From assembly GCA_964439265.1 (NCBI GenBank), contig CAYTOA010000001.1, forward strand, positions 133,236-197,235: DNA of 64,000 bases, given 5' to 3'. Made by a program: the position numbers and the translations under genes. Shown one piece after another: positions 1-8,334 of this stretch (position 1 is the first letter of the stretch; every line of letters begins with the position of its first letter). The notes beneath the pieces are model-generated. The model did not search any database. It was given only the letters and a program-made list of their open reading frames with translations, and had not been told where the DNA came from. The DNA comes from an uncultured Chitinophagaceae bacterium (GTDB taxonomy: Bacteria; Bacteroidota; Ignavibacteria; UBA10030; UBA8401).

Positions 1-1307
1 CTCCTTGCAAACGTCAACAGCTGGCGCGTGAGCGAAGCACCCCGTTTTGCCGCCGTTTCGATGATGTCGACGAAGGGGAACCATTTATCGTTCTCATTCA
101 TCCGCCGCCGCATGATCGACGATGAGCCGAGGATCGAGGCAAGAATGTTATTGAAGTCGTGTGCGACGCCGCCGGCAAGGTTGCCGATGCTGTCGATCTT
201 TTGCGCCTGCATGATTTTCTGTTCGAGTTTCTTCTTTTCCGTAATGTCCCGAACGACGCATCGCATCAGCACCGGAATATGTTTATCGTCATAAACGAGT
301 GACGTGTTGACGCTGACATCGATGACTCCTCCGTCCCGCTTCACCATCTGTTCTTCCATGCCGCGGAATTCGTGTCCGTTCTCGAACGCTTTTAGCAATG
401 TCTCGAGCACGCTGAGACGGTACTCCGGCGGATAGAGTTGTGTGAGAGGATGTCCGATGATGTCCGTTTTCTGATAGCCGAGCGTCTGCACTTCAGTTTG
501 ATTGCTGCTGATGATGATGCCCTCGCGGTTCACAAGATGGTACATGTCCGGCGAGTGCTCGAAAAGATCTGCGTATTGTTGTTCCGACTTCCGAAGTCTG
601 TCGAACAAGTGTGCGTTGTTCAGCGCAACGTTGATGTGATTCCCAAACGCTGCAATAAGGTCGACTTGGCGTTCGGAAAAGAATCCTTTGACCGTGGTGG
701 CCAGAAGCAGCACGCCGGCGAACTGGTCCGCGGCACGAAGCGGAACCGACACCCACGACGAGAGGCCGGCCCGCTGAACATTGTCGTCGGCGAACGAAGT
801 GCCTGCTACAGTGTCCTCTTTGTGAGTATGGATCTTTTGAATCCACGGGATAAGCTCGATATTGCCGAGGGCCTCGTTGTTGAAGAAGCTGAACGAGCAG
901 CCGCGTGAATTGCGCAGTTCCAGCTTCTTATCGACCACAATGTATAACCAGCCGTACTCAGTCCGGGCAAGCTCAACGACTATCTGCAGCACATTGCTTA
1001 GCAGATAATCGAGGTCGATCGACTGGTTGACCGATTCCGCCACCCGATTGAGCGCTTCGAGTTCCCGTTTCTGCGCCTCGAGCTGCCGTCCGTATTTCAG
1101 CGAGAAATAGACGCTGGCGAACCCGATGATGCCGACGGTAATGATGCTGATGAAGTCGAGCGGCGTGAGCTCCAGATTAAGAACAATGTTTGCACTGATG
1201 ATCGTGACCATGATAACGACAACGGCGGTCGAGGCGACGATCTGCGCCTGCTCGACAAGACCTAAGTTCTGAAAAAATGCTCTCAGCCTCTGGAAGAAAT
1301 TCTTCAT
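1..1307 (-). CDS. Sensor histidine kinase, partial (N-terminal ~435 aa; continues beyond the left window edge): 2 TM - GAF - PAS - HisKA H-box
   Basis: Absent from the ORF track because no stop codon lies in the window. My own translation from the ATG (complement of 1305-1307) gives MKNFFQRLRAFFQNLG..., two hydrophobic helices, a GAF-like block (WVSVPLRAADQFAGVLLLAT), a PAS block (YADLFEHSPDMYHLVNREGIIISSNQ) and the H-box GGVAHDFNNILASILG near nt 140-175. It starts 30 nt downstream of the receiver gene 1338-2414. Confidence 0.85.
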   Translation of the reverse strand, partial: MKNFFQRLRAFFQNLGLVEQAQIVASTAVVVIMVTIISANIVLNLELTPLDFISIITVGIIGFASVYFSLKYGRQLEAQKRELEALNRVAESVNQSIDLDYLLSNVLQIVVELARTEYGWLYIVVDKKLELRNSRGCSFSFFNNEALGNIELIPWIQKIHTHKEDTVAGTSFADDNVQRAGLSSWVSVPLRAADQFAGVLLLATTVKGFFSERQVDLIAAFGNHINVALNNAHLFDRLRKSEQQYADLFEHSPDMYHLVNREGIIISSNQTEVQTLGYQKTDIIGHPLTQLYPPEYRLSVLETLLKAFENGHEFRGMEEQMVKRDGGVIDVSVNTSLVYDDKHIPVLMRCVVRDITEKKKLEQKIMQAQKIDSIGNLAGGVAHDFNNILASILGSSSIMRRRMNENDKWFPFVDIIETAAKRGASLTRQLLTFAR

Positions 1308-1337
1308 TCGTATTGTCTCTGTTTCATCGGTTGATTT

Positions 1338-2414
1338 CTAGTTCCTGGACCTCTGTCTCATCCGTTTGATCTCACGCGACCGCTTCAGTTTTCCTTCGAT
1401 GGTTGCGGTGAGCAATTCGGCATCGAACGGTTTCGTGAGGTAATCGTCAGCTCCCATTTGTTTTCCGGCCCGTACGACAATGTCCTGGTCGAGCCCGCTC
1501 ATGAAGATGAACGGCACGTCGACAAACCGTTCGATCGCCCGGAATTTTTCGTAGAATGTAAATCCATTCATTTTCGGCTTCACGAAATCGATATCGCACA
1601 CCACGATATCCGGGGTTACGTTTTCGAGCGCAACTAACCCGTCCTCGCCGGAGTTCACCGTGTAACAGGTATAACCTGCTTCGCTCAATACATCCTTGAT
1701 CACGCTGAGAAATGAATTGTCGTCGTCCAAGAGCAGCACTGTGCCTTTCGCCTTGAGCGATTGAAGAAACTGGTTGATCTTCTGCTCGACGCTTAAATGT
1801 TCCTGGTCTGAGATCTTAAATCGTTTGCGGATATCGACAAACGACGTGACGCCCATCCTCCATGCTTCCCTGATCGCCGCAAGGTACGCGTTGATCCTGA
1901 CTTCCCGCTCGATGTCTGCATGATCTTTCTCGGTGATGGCGAAGGTCTCTTTCATGGAATCGATCTGCGACTGCTCCTCGGCACTGACGTTGCCGTCAGA
2001 CCAAATCTCAGTCAGCAGGGTTCGGTACGCTTCGAGGGCTGCGGGGGAGTGGGGAATATGCAGCGACGCCGTTTTTGACGGCAAACTTTTCGCCTGAGCA
2101 GGCGCCGCCGGTTTTTCCGGAATGGAGACGGGTATTTTCTCTTCTACTTTTTTTCTTTCAGCCGGCGGTGCAGCTTTCACCGGCGGCTCCTCTTTCTTCG
2201 CCGGGGGGGGAGGAACTGCGTCCTTTATTTCGGCGTCTTTTAACGCGAGGATCCGCTCCTTGTACGCCCGGGCGTAGACATTGCGCTGCTCGATCTCGAA
2301 GACCCGTTCGATAAAGCCCAGCGCGCCGTCCAGATTGCCGTCTTTGATCGATCGGTCGGCGGACTTCAGGAGTTCGCTGATTGCTCGTCGATTGTTGTCC
2401 GATTCTATCGGCAT
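1338..2414 (-). CDS. Response regulator with an atypical N-terminus: TPR-like helix pair, Pro/Ala/Lys-rich linker, helical W-x-DG module, canonical CheY-like receiver
   Basis: 358-aa ORF. Receiver motifs are present: LLLDDDNS, IVVCDIDF (phospho-acceptor Asp), FIFMSG, YLTKPF. There is no DNA-binding output. Paralogous architecture to 50489-51775. Confidence 0.85.
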   Translation of the reverse strand: MPIESDNNRRAISELLKSADRSIKDGNLDGALGFIERVFEIEQRNVYARAYKERILALKDAEIKDAVPPPPAKKEEPPVKAAPPAERKKVEEKIPVSIPEKPAAPAQAKSLPSKTASLHIPHSPAALEAYRTLLTEIWSDGNVSAEEQSQIDSMKETFAITEKDHADIEREVRINAYLAAIREAWRMGVTSFVDIRKRFKISDQEHLSVEQKINQFLQSLKAKGTVLLLDDDNSFLSVIKDVLSEAGYTCYTVNSGEDGLVALENVTPDIVVCDIDFVKPKMNGFTFYEKFRAIERFVDVPFIFMSGLDQDIVVRAGKQMGADDYLTKPFDAELLTATIEGKLKRSREIKRMRQRSRN

Positions 2415-2593
2415 GAGGTTTCTTGTTGGAAACTATTTCGATGATCTCCGACCTCCGCTTGCGTCCGGCGGCTTCTTATCGAAGATGGCGTCGGAGAGAT
2501 TGCGTTCATCACGGGCTTGGGTTACCGCGAAAACAGCATCATACCTATGTCTCGCCTCAACAGTTGAATCGTTATGAGTACTGCACGATAACC

Positions 2594-3439
2594 CTACTTG
2601 GTGAACGATTCTTTTGCTTCGGGCGACAATACTTCATTCATGCTTCCGGTCCGATATCCCTGAAGGTCAAGGGTGACGTATGTGAAACCCAGTTCTTTCA
2701 ATTGATCCACGAGAGAATACCGTAGTGCATCGTCGAGAAAGCGGTGAAGCTCCTGAGCGCCTACTTCGATACGTGCTGTCTTATCGTCGTGGTGGCGGAC
2801 GCGGTAGTATTTGAACCCGGCATTCCGGAGAATTCCCTCCGCCCTGTCAACTTTCGTCAGATTCTCTTTTGTGATACCGAAGCCGTACGGGAAACGAGAC
2901 GAGAGGCACGCGAACGACGCTTTATCCCACGTCGACAGGTTGAGATGTTCGGAAATTTCGCGGACCTCTATTTTAGACAACTCCGCTTCCAGCAATGGAG
3001 AGCGTACATTATTCTCTTTTTTCGCTTTCATGCCCGGGCGAAAATCTCCGACGTCATCGGTGATAGACCCATCGGCGATCCATGGAATATTCTCTTTCTC
3101 CGCGATTTCGGTGAGCTTGCCGAACAATTCCGTCTTGCAGAAATAGCACCTGTCGGGAGGGTTCTCCTGAAACTTCAGCTGGTCGGTCTCTTCCGTCGCA
3201 ACTTCGATATACCGGGAGCCGAAACTCTTCGCCAGCGCGGCCGCTTCCTCGTATTCCGCACTCGGGTAAGTTTCCGATCTACCAATGACGGCGATTGCAT
3301 TGTCGCCAAGAACATCGGTCGCTACTTTTAACAGCAGGGTGCTGTCGACCCCCCCCGAGTATCCGATGACCACCGAGCCGAGCTCAGCAATGATGGACCG
3401 GAGGCGTTCGTATTTTGTTTGGGTCAGCTGAGCCAGCAT
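2594..3439 (-). CDS. larE: PP-loop ATP pyrophosphatase, LarE-family (ATP-dependent sacrificial sulfur transferase-like)
   Basis: 281 aa with the PP-loop YSGGVDST near the N-terminus and CYFCK in the middle. Length and layout are typical of the COG1606/LarE family. Confidence 0.75.
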   Translation of the reverse strand: MLAQLTQTKYERLRSIIAELGSVVIGYSGGVDSTLLLKVATDVLGDNAIAVIGRSETYPSAEYEEAAALAKSFGSRYIEVATEETDQLKFQENPPDRCYFCKTELFGKLTEIAEKENIPWIADGSITDDVGDFRPGMKAKKENNVRSPLLEAELSKIEVREISEHLNLSTWDKASFACLSSRFPYGFGITKENLTKVDRAEGILRNAGFKYYRVRHHDDKTARIEVGAQELHRFLDDALRYSLVDQLKELGFTYVTLDLQGYRTGSMNEVLSPEAKESFTK

Positions 3440-3485
3440 ACCGATATTCTCCGTGTAATATTCCTGTATTTCAATGTACCTTCGT

Positions 3486-4373
3486 TTATGATGCGGTCCG
3501 CGCCGTCAGCGTTTCCACTACGGTTCGTCGAGCGGCATCGATCGGAAATTTCATTCCAGTCCACAATTCAAACGCCTTTGCCCCCTGGTGAACGAACATC
3601 TCCACTCCGTTGACCGTTGCCGCCCCGTCCTCATTTGCCCTTCGCAGGAGCGCCGTTTCAATGGGGGTGTATATAATATCGAAAATTATTTGATGATTTA
3701 AAAATCGAATTCCAGCAGGGATCGGCAGGGCGTCGGTATTCGGCGTCATGCCGGCGGGGGTCGTGTTTATTACGAGTGTCGATTCTGCAATGACCGCCCG
3801 AAGGCGACGTTCATCTGAAATATTGTCATAAACGACGTGGTGAAAAAGATTCCGGAACTCGCCGGTTAACTTCTCTGCTCGGGCAGCCGTCCTATTGTAG
3901 ATCTTCACCGAGGCAGGTGAGAAGTAATTTGATACTGAATATGCCGCAGCCCGTGCGCCTCCTCCGGCGCCGAGGATGATAACCGGGGCTTTGCGGATTC
4001 TTTCTTTGAACGGGTCTAGAGACTGTTGGATCCCGGCGACATCGGTGTTGTAGCCGGTGAACTTGCCTTCGTGGTTGACAATTGTATTAACGGCGCCGAT
4101 CGTCGCCGCGTCGTGGTCCACGGCATCGAGCAATGGAATAATAACTTCTTTATAAGGGATAGTCACATTCACGCCCGCAGTCCCGACCTTTCGCAATGAC
4201 GCTATGAGTGCCGGAAGGAATTCGCCGGCAACGTCGAAGACGCCATAGGTGAACGGAATGCCGAGTTCTTTAATGGCTGCCGAGTGCATTGCCGGCGAAA
4301 GGGTATGCGCGATCGGGTGGCCGATGATGCCGAGGCGTTGGAGAGGCTGTAAATTCATGGCTGCGTTGGTCAA
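3486..4373 (-). CDS. aroE: Shikimate dehydrogenase
   Basis: 295 aa with GIIGHPIAHTLSPAMHS at the N-terminus, NVTIPYK, and the GAGGGARA NADP-binding loop. Confidence 0.92.
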   Translation of the reverse strand: MTNAAMNLQPLQRLGIIGHPIAHTLSPAMHSAAIKELGIPFTYGVFDVAGEFLPALIASLRKVGTAGVNVTIPYKEVIIPLLDAVDHDAATIGAVNTIVNHEGKFTGYNTDVAGIQQSLDPFKERIRKAPVIILGAGGGARAAAYSVSNYFSPASVKIYNRTAARAEKLTGEFRNLFHHVVYDNISDERRLRAVIAESTLVINTTPAGMTPNTDALPIPAGIRFLNHQIIFDIIYTPIETALLRRANEDGAATVNGVEMFVHQGAKAFELWTGMKFPIDAARRTVVETLTARTAS

Positions 4374-4413
4374 AAAATTAAAAAACCTAATCTCGCCGTT
4401 CCGGGATTAGGTT
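4372..4413 (-). terminator. Rho-independent terminator after the TPR gene
   Basis: 9-bp stem AACCTAATC/GATTAGGTT (4384-4392 / 4405-4413), followed on the minus strand by a U-rich run (complement of the A-rich 4372-4383). Confidence 0.6.
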
Positions 4414-4444
4414 CCGAAGGTAAACCATACCGTTAGAAAAATGC

Positions 4445-5869
4445 CTAGCGCTGGAGCAGCGAAGAGAACTCTTTGATCGACTTGACGCCAAGGAATTCAG
4501 TCTCGAACCTTTTGCGCAGGTCGCTCTGCAGCGCGAACGCCGATTTGAGGGAGTCGACGGCGTCCAGCATCTTCTTCATCACGAAAAGGACTTTTGCGCG
4601 CGTATAATATGCCTCTGCAAATTGCTGATTGAGCTCGATGCATCGGTTCAACGCTTTGAGCGCTTCTTTCAGGTATCCCAGCTCGAACAGCGTGTCGCCG
4701 TAGTCAAACCAGGCTTCGTAGTTCTTCTTGTCGAGCTGCACAACCATTTTGTAGCCGATCAGGCATTCACGGTATTTTCCCAGATTGTATTCGACGTCGG
4801 CTTTGGCGTACCAAAGTTCGGGGTAATCACGGCAGATTTCGAGTGCGCGATTGTAGTCCTGCAGGGCTTTTTTGTACTGTTCGAGCGTATCGTAACAGCT
4901 GCCGCGTCCGAAAAACGACTCGTAATGTTCGTTGTCGTATTTGATCGCCTGCGTGAAACATTTGATCGCTTCGGTATAATTTCCCAGTTCTTCGTATGCA
5001 TTTCCCATATTATGCCACGCCGGAACATCTTTCGATTCATGACGGAGTGTTTGAGAATAGCACTCTACCGCTTCGTGGAATTTTCCCATATTGGCAAACG
5101 CATTGCCTTTATTGTACCATGCTGCGCCGAAATCGTCCTTGATGGCAATACACATGTCATAGCTGTCTATCGAGCGGGCAAAATCACCAATCCGGTTCAG
5201 TACGATGCCGCGGTTGTACCATGCATTGTAATTGTAAGGGTCGAGGTTGAGATGTTCATCGTAGCATTTGAGAGAATCCTCCAGCCGGTCCATGAAGTCA
5301 TAGCAAAATCCAAGTTCGAACATCGCATCTTTGTTTTCTTTATTCTCTTTCAGCAGGAACTCAAAGATCTCAGCAGCTTCTTTGTACCGCTCAATTTTTT
5401 CGAGTGTCACAGCCTTATTGAAAAGGGCTTCTTCACTGCCGGGTTCAATCGACAGAGCTTTTTCAAAACTTTCGAGCGCTTCATCTACCCGGTTTGCATT
5501 ATCGAACGTTATGCCGAGGTTAATATATATCTCACATTCATTCGGATTGAGGCTCACAGCGTGTTCATAACATTCGATCGCGTCATCGTACCGGTACATG
5601 TTGTTCAAGATCATTCCCCTCCGTACCCACGCATCCGAGCTGTACGGCACAAACTCGATCAACTGGTCTGCAAAATGGAGCGCTTCTTCAAACTTTTCCT
5701 GTTCGAAGTAGAAATCGACGATCTCTTCAAGGGCCTCAATAGTGCGGATGCCATTCCCCCCCTTCTTGAGGATATCCTTGAAGCGCTCGATCTCCTCACT
5801 ACGGTCGTTACGCCGCGGGGGTTGGCCTCCTAACTCATCGTCGAAGCTGTCGGAATCCAAATGAGACAT
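4445..5869 (-). CDS. Tetratricopeptide-repeat protein
   Basis: 474 aa with about 10 tandem 34-aa TPR units (AWYNRGIVLNRIGDF..., AWYNKGNAFANMGKF..., AWHNMGNAYEELGNY...). Confidence 0.9.
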   Translation of the reverse strand: MSHLDSDSFDDELGGQPPRRNDRSEEIERFKDILKKGGNGIRTIEALEEIVDFYFEQEKFEEALHFADQLIEFVPYSSDAWVRRGMILNNMYRYDDAIECYEHAVSLNPNECEIYINLGITFDNANRVDEALESFEKALSIEPGSEEALFNKAVTLEKIERYKEAAEIFEFLLKENKENKDAMFELGFCYDFMDRLEDSLKCYDEHLNLDPYNYNAWYNRGIVLNRIGDFARSIDSYDMCIAIKDDFGAAWYNKGNAFANMGKFHEAVECYSQTLRHESKDVPAWHNMGNAYEELGNYTEAIKCFTQAIKYDNEHYESFFGRGSCYDTLEQYKKALQDYNRALEICRDYPELWYAKADVEYNLGKYRECLIGYKMVVQLDKKNYEAWFDYGDTLFELGYLKEALKALNRCIELNQQFAEAYYTRAKVLFVMKKMLDAVDSLKSAFALQSDLRKRFETEFLGVKSIKEFSSLLQR

Positions 5870-6063
5870 AGAAATTTGCGTTGGTTGGTGGCGTAATGTA
5901 GCCTTGTTTAATTAAGTGAAAAAGCCGTCTTAAGTCAATAGCAGGCGGCCGGGATAGAACCCGCCGAATAGTAACTATTCCTGTTCATTTGACTTGGAAC
6001 AAAGACGAAGCGGAGTTACGCTAACTTCCTTATTGTTTTTGACACATAAATCCGCTATATTCA

Positions 6064-6780
6064 ATGTTCAAGCCGCAAATGATTGCTGAAAACGTTAAAA
6101 ATTTGCAGGAAAAGATTAAAAACGCCTGTCTTGCGGCAGGGAGAAATCCGGATTCGGTGACGCTGATTGCCGTGACGAAGACGTTCGGATTTCTTGAAAT
6201 TGACGAAGTTGCGCGTGCCGGAGTCCATGACGTCGGAGAGAATTACGTCCAGGAAGTCAGGGAGAAGAAGACGAAGGTTACCGAACCCGGGATTCGCTGG
6301 CATTTTCTTGGGCACCTGCAGTCCAATAAGGTAAAATACGTAGCCGAGTGGGTGCATCTAATCCACTCGGTCGATAATGATAATGTAGCGGCAGAGATTC
6401 AAAAGCGGGGTGCAATGCTGGGCCGCGTCATGGATGTGTTGATCGAACTAAATACTTCCGGTGAGCAGACAAAATTTGGCGTCAAACCGGGCAAGGCTGT
6501 AGATTTGGTCAGGCAGATTTCGTATCTGCCGAACCTGAATGTCCAGGGGTTGATGACGATCGGTCCATTCACGTCCGACCCCGAAGACTCGCGGCCATCT
6601 TTCCGTCTTCTGAAAACGGTTTTTGAAGAGATCAACTCTGCCAAGCTTCTTCGCCAGCCGATGAGGCATCTCTCGATGGGAATGAGTCACGACTTTACTG
6701 TTGCCATTGAAGAAGGTTCTACGATGGTTCGGATCGGAACAGCGATTTTTGGGACAAGGCCAAAACCAAACGTTCACTGA
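6064..6780 (+). CDS. yggS: YggS-family pyridoxal-phosphate homeostasis protein
   Basis: 238 aa with VTKT (PLP Lys), HFLGHLQSNKVK and LSMGMSHD motifs. Confidence 0.9.
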   Translation: MFKPQMIAENVKNLQEKIKNACLAAGRNPDSVTLIAVTKTFGFLEIDEVARAGVHDVGENYVQEVREKKTKVTEPGIRWHFLGHLQSNKVKYVAEWVHLIHSVDNDNVAAEIQKRGAMLGRVMDVLIELNTSGEQTKFGVKPGKAVDLVRQISYLPNLNVQGLMTIGPFTSDPEDSRPSFRLLKTVFEEINSAKLLRQPMRHLSMGMSHDFTVAIEEGSTMVRIGTAIFGTRPKPNVH

Positions 6781-6791
6781 AGGAGGCATCG

Positions 6792-7319
6792 ATGAAACTC
6801 ACACCTCTTGATATAAAGAAACAGGAGTTCAAGAAGGTTCTTCGGGGATATGACCCGGTGGAGGTTGATTCATTCCTGGACATGATGTCCAATGAGTTCG
6901 CCGATCTGATGCGACAATCCAAAGAAATGAGCGGGCAACTCGTTGAATTTGAAACGCAGCTTCGCGATTACCGGCAGATGGAGAAGACGTTGCAGCAGAC
7001 ATTGATGCAGGCGCAGGAAGCCAGCGGCAGGTCGATCGAGAACTCGCGTAAAGAAGGGCAGTTGATTATCCAGGAGTCGGAGTTGAAAGCGAACCAGCTT
7101 CTAGACCGCGCACGGATGGAACTTTCCAGAACCAGGGAAGAGATCGCGAACCTCCGCTCGAAAAAAGAATCGATCGTCAGCCGGCTGAAAGTACTGCTGA
7201 ATTCAGAGATCGACCTGATCAAAGCGCTTGAGGTCGACGATGATGAATTGACGAGGGACTTGTCGAGAGGAACTGGGAAAGATTCGATAGAAATTGACGA
7301 GATTATTAAGAAGCTGTGA
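6792..7319 (+). CDS. DivIVA-domain cell-division protein
   Basis: 175 aa. N-terminus MKLTPLDIKKQEFKKVLRGYDPVEVDSFLD is followed by a coiled coil. It lies immediately downstream of yggS. Confidence 0.88.
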   Translation: MKLTPLDIKKQEFKKVLRGYDPVEVDSFLDMMSNEFADLMRQSKEMSGQLVEFETQLRDYRQMEKTLQQTLMQAQEASGRSIENSRKEGQLIIQESELKANQLLDRARMELSRTREEIANLRSKKESIVSRLKVLLNSEIDLIKALEVDDDELTRDLSRGTGKDSIEIDEIIKKL

Positions 7320-7413
7320 ACAGTGATCAGTGAACAGTAAACAGCTGTCGGTAAACAGTAAGTCGAAAATAAGTCGCAATCTAAAATTGGCAATTGTAAA
7401 TCGAAAATAGACA
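7320..7413. repeat. Low-complexity word tract (CAGTGA/ACAGTAA words), a member of a dispersed intergenic family
   Basis: ACAGTGATCAGTGAACAGTAAACAG... The 18-mer TGATCAGTGAACAGTAAA (7324-7341) recurs exactly at 31712-31729, and related words occur at 15138-15197, 29498-29526 and 35662-35712. Confidence 0.7.
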
Positions 7414-8235
7414 ATGTCTCCCCTACGCCAGCACATTGATGATACGATAAGATTTTTACGCACAAAGACTTCGGCATCGCCGGCGATCGGGATCATTTTG
7501 GGGACAGGCCTCGGAGGATTGGCAAAAGAAATCAAGACCGAGGTGGTGCTCGACTACGGCGATATTCCGCATTTCCCTTTGTCGACCGTCGAATCCCATC
7601 ATGGCAAGTTGATCTTTGGGACTCTTGGAAGGAAGAGTGTCGTTGCGATGCAGGGGCGCTTTCATTTTTATGAAGGCTACACCATGCAGCAGATCACGTT
7701 TCCGATCCGTATGATGAAATTCCTCGGGGTCGAGACGCTACTCGTTTCCAACGCTGCCGGAGGAATGAACCCTGCATATTCCCGCGGGGATATCATGCTG
7801 ATTACCGACCATATCAATTTGCTCGGCGACAATCCGTTGATAGGCCCCAACGATGATACTCTTGGGCCCCGCTTTCCGGACATGTCCGAGCCGTATACAA
7901 GAGATCTGATAGCATTGACCGAAAGAGTTGCGAGCGATTTAAAGATCAAAGTTCAAAAGGGAGTTTTCGTTGCCGTCCCTGGTCCCAACCTTGAGACACG
8001 CGCCGAGTATCGATTTCTTCGAGGAATCGGAGGAGACGTGGTCGGCATGTCTACAGTGCCGGAATGCATCGTAGCAGTCCACATGTCGATGCGAGTGCTG
8101 GGATTTTCGATTATTACGGATGAGTGTTTCCCTGACACACTCAAGCCGGCGAAACTTGATGAAATTGTTGCAACAGCGATGGCCGCAGAGCCGAAACTAA
8201 CCGCGATCATGAAAGAAGTGGTAAATCAATTATGA
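7414..8235 (+). CDS. Purine nucleoside phosphorylase (trimeric PNP family)
   Basis: 273 aa with [22 protein letters not shown] and VGMSTVPE motifs. Confidence 0.9.
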   Translation: MSPLRQHIDDTIRFLRTKTSASPAIGIILGTGLGGLAKEIKTEVVLDYGDIPHFPLSTVESHHGKLIFGTLGRKSVVAMQGRFHFYEGYTMQQITFPIRMMKFLGVETLLVSNAAGGMNPAYSRGDIMLITDHINLLGDNPLIGPNDDTLGPRFPDMSEPYTRDLIALTERVASDLKIKVQKGVFVAVPGPNLETRAEYRFLRGIGGDVVGMSTVPECIVAVHMSMRVLGFSIITDECFPDTLKPAKLDEIVATAMAAEPKLTAIMKEVVNQL

Positions 8236-8309
8236 ATTAATAATTAAGAATTAAAAATGGTAGTTCAACAAGCAACCCCTGAATGGCCCCTCTTTAATTA
8301 TTAATTCAT
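8232..8309. repeat. AT-only inverted repeat / hairpin between the phosphorylase gene and ileS
   Basis: Perfect 16-bp arms ATGAATTAATAATTAA (8232-8247) and TTAATTATTAATTCAT (8294-8309). A second pairable word is ATTAAGAATT / AATTCTTAAT. The left arm overlaps the phosphorylase stop codon. Confidence 0.75.
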
Positions 8310-8334
8310 AATTCTTAATCATTAATTGTTTTCT

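Noticed and set aside
4622-5833. 403-aa plus-strand ORF
   Set aside because: It is entirely antisense to the TPR gene 4445-5869, whose product shows clear tandem TPR units. The plus-strand translation is low-complexity (F/V/I-rich) with no motifs, so it is a shadow ORF.
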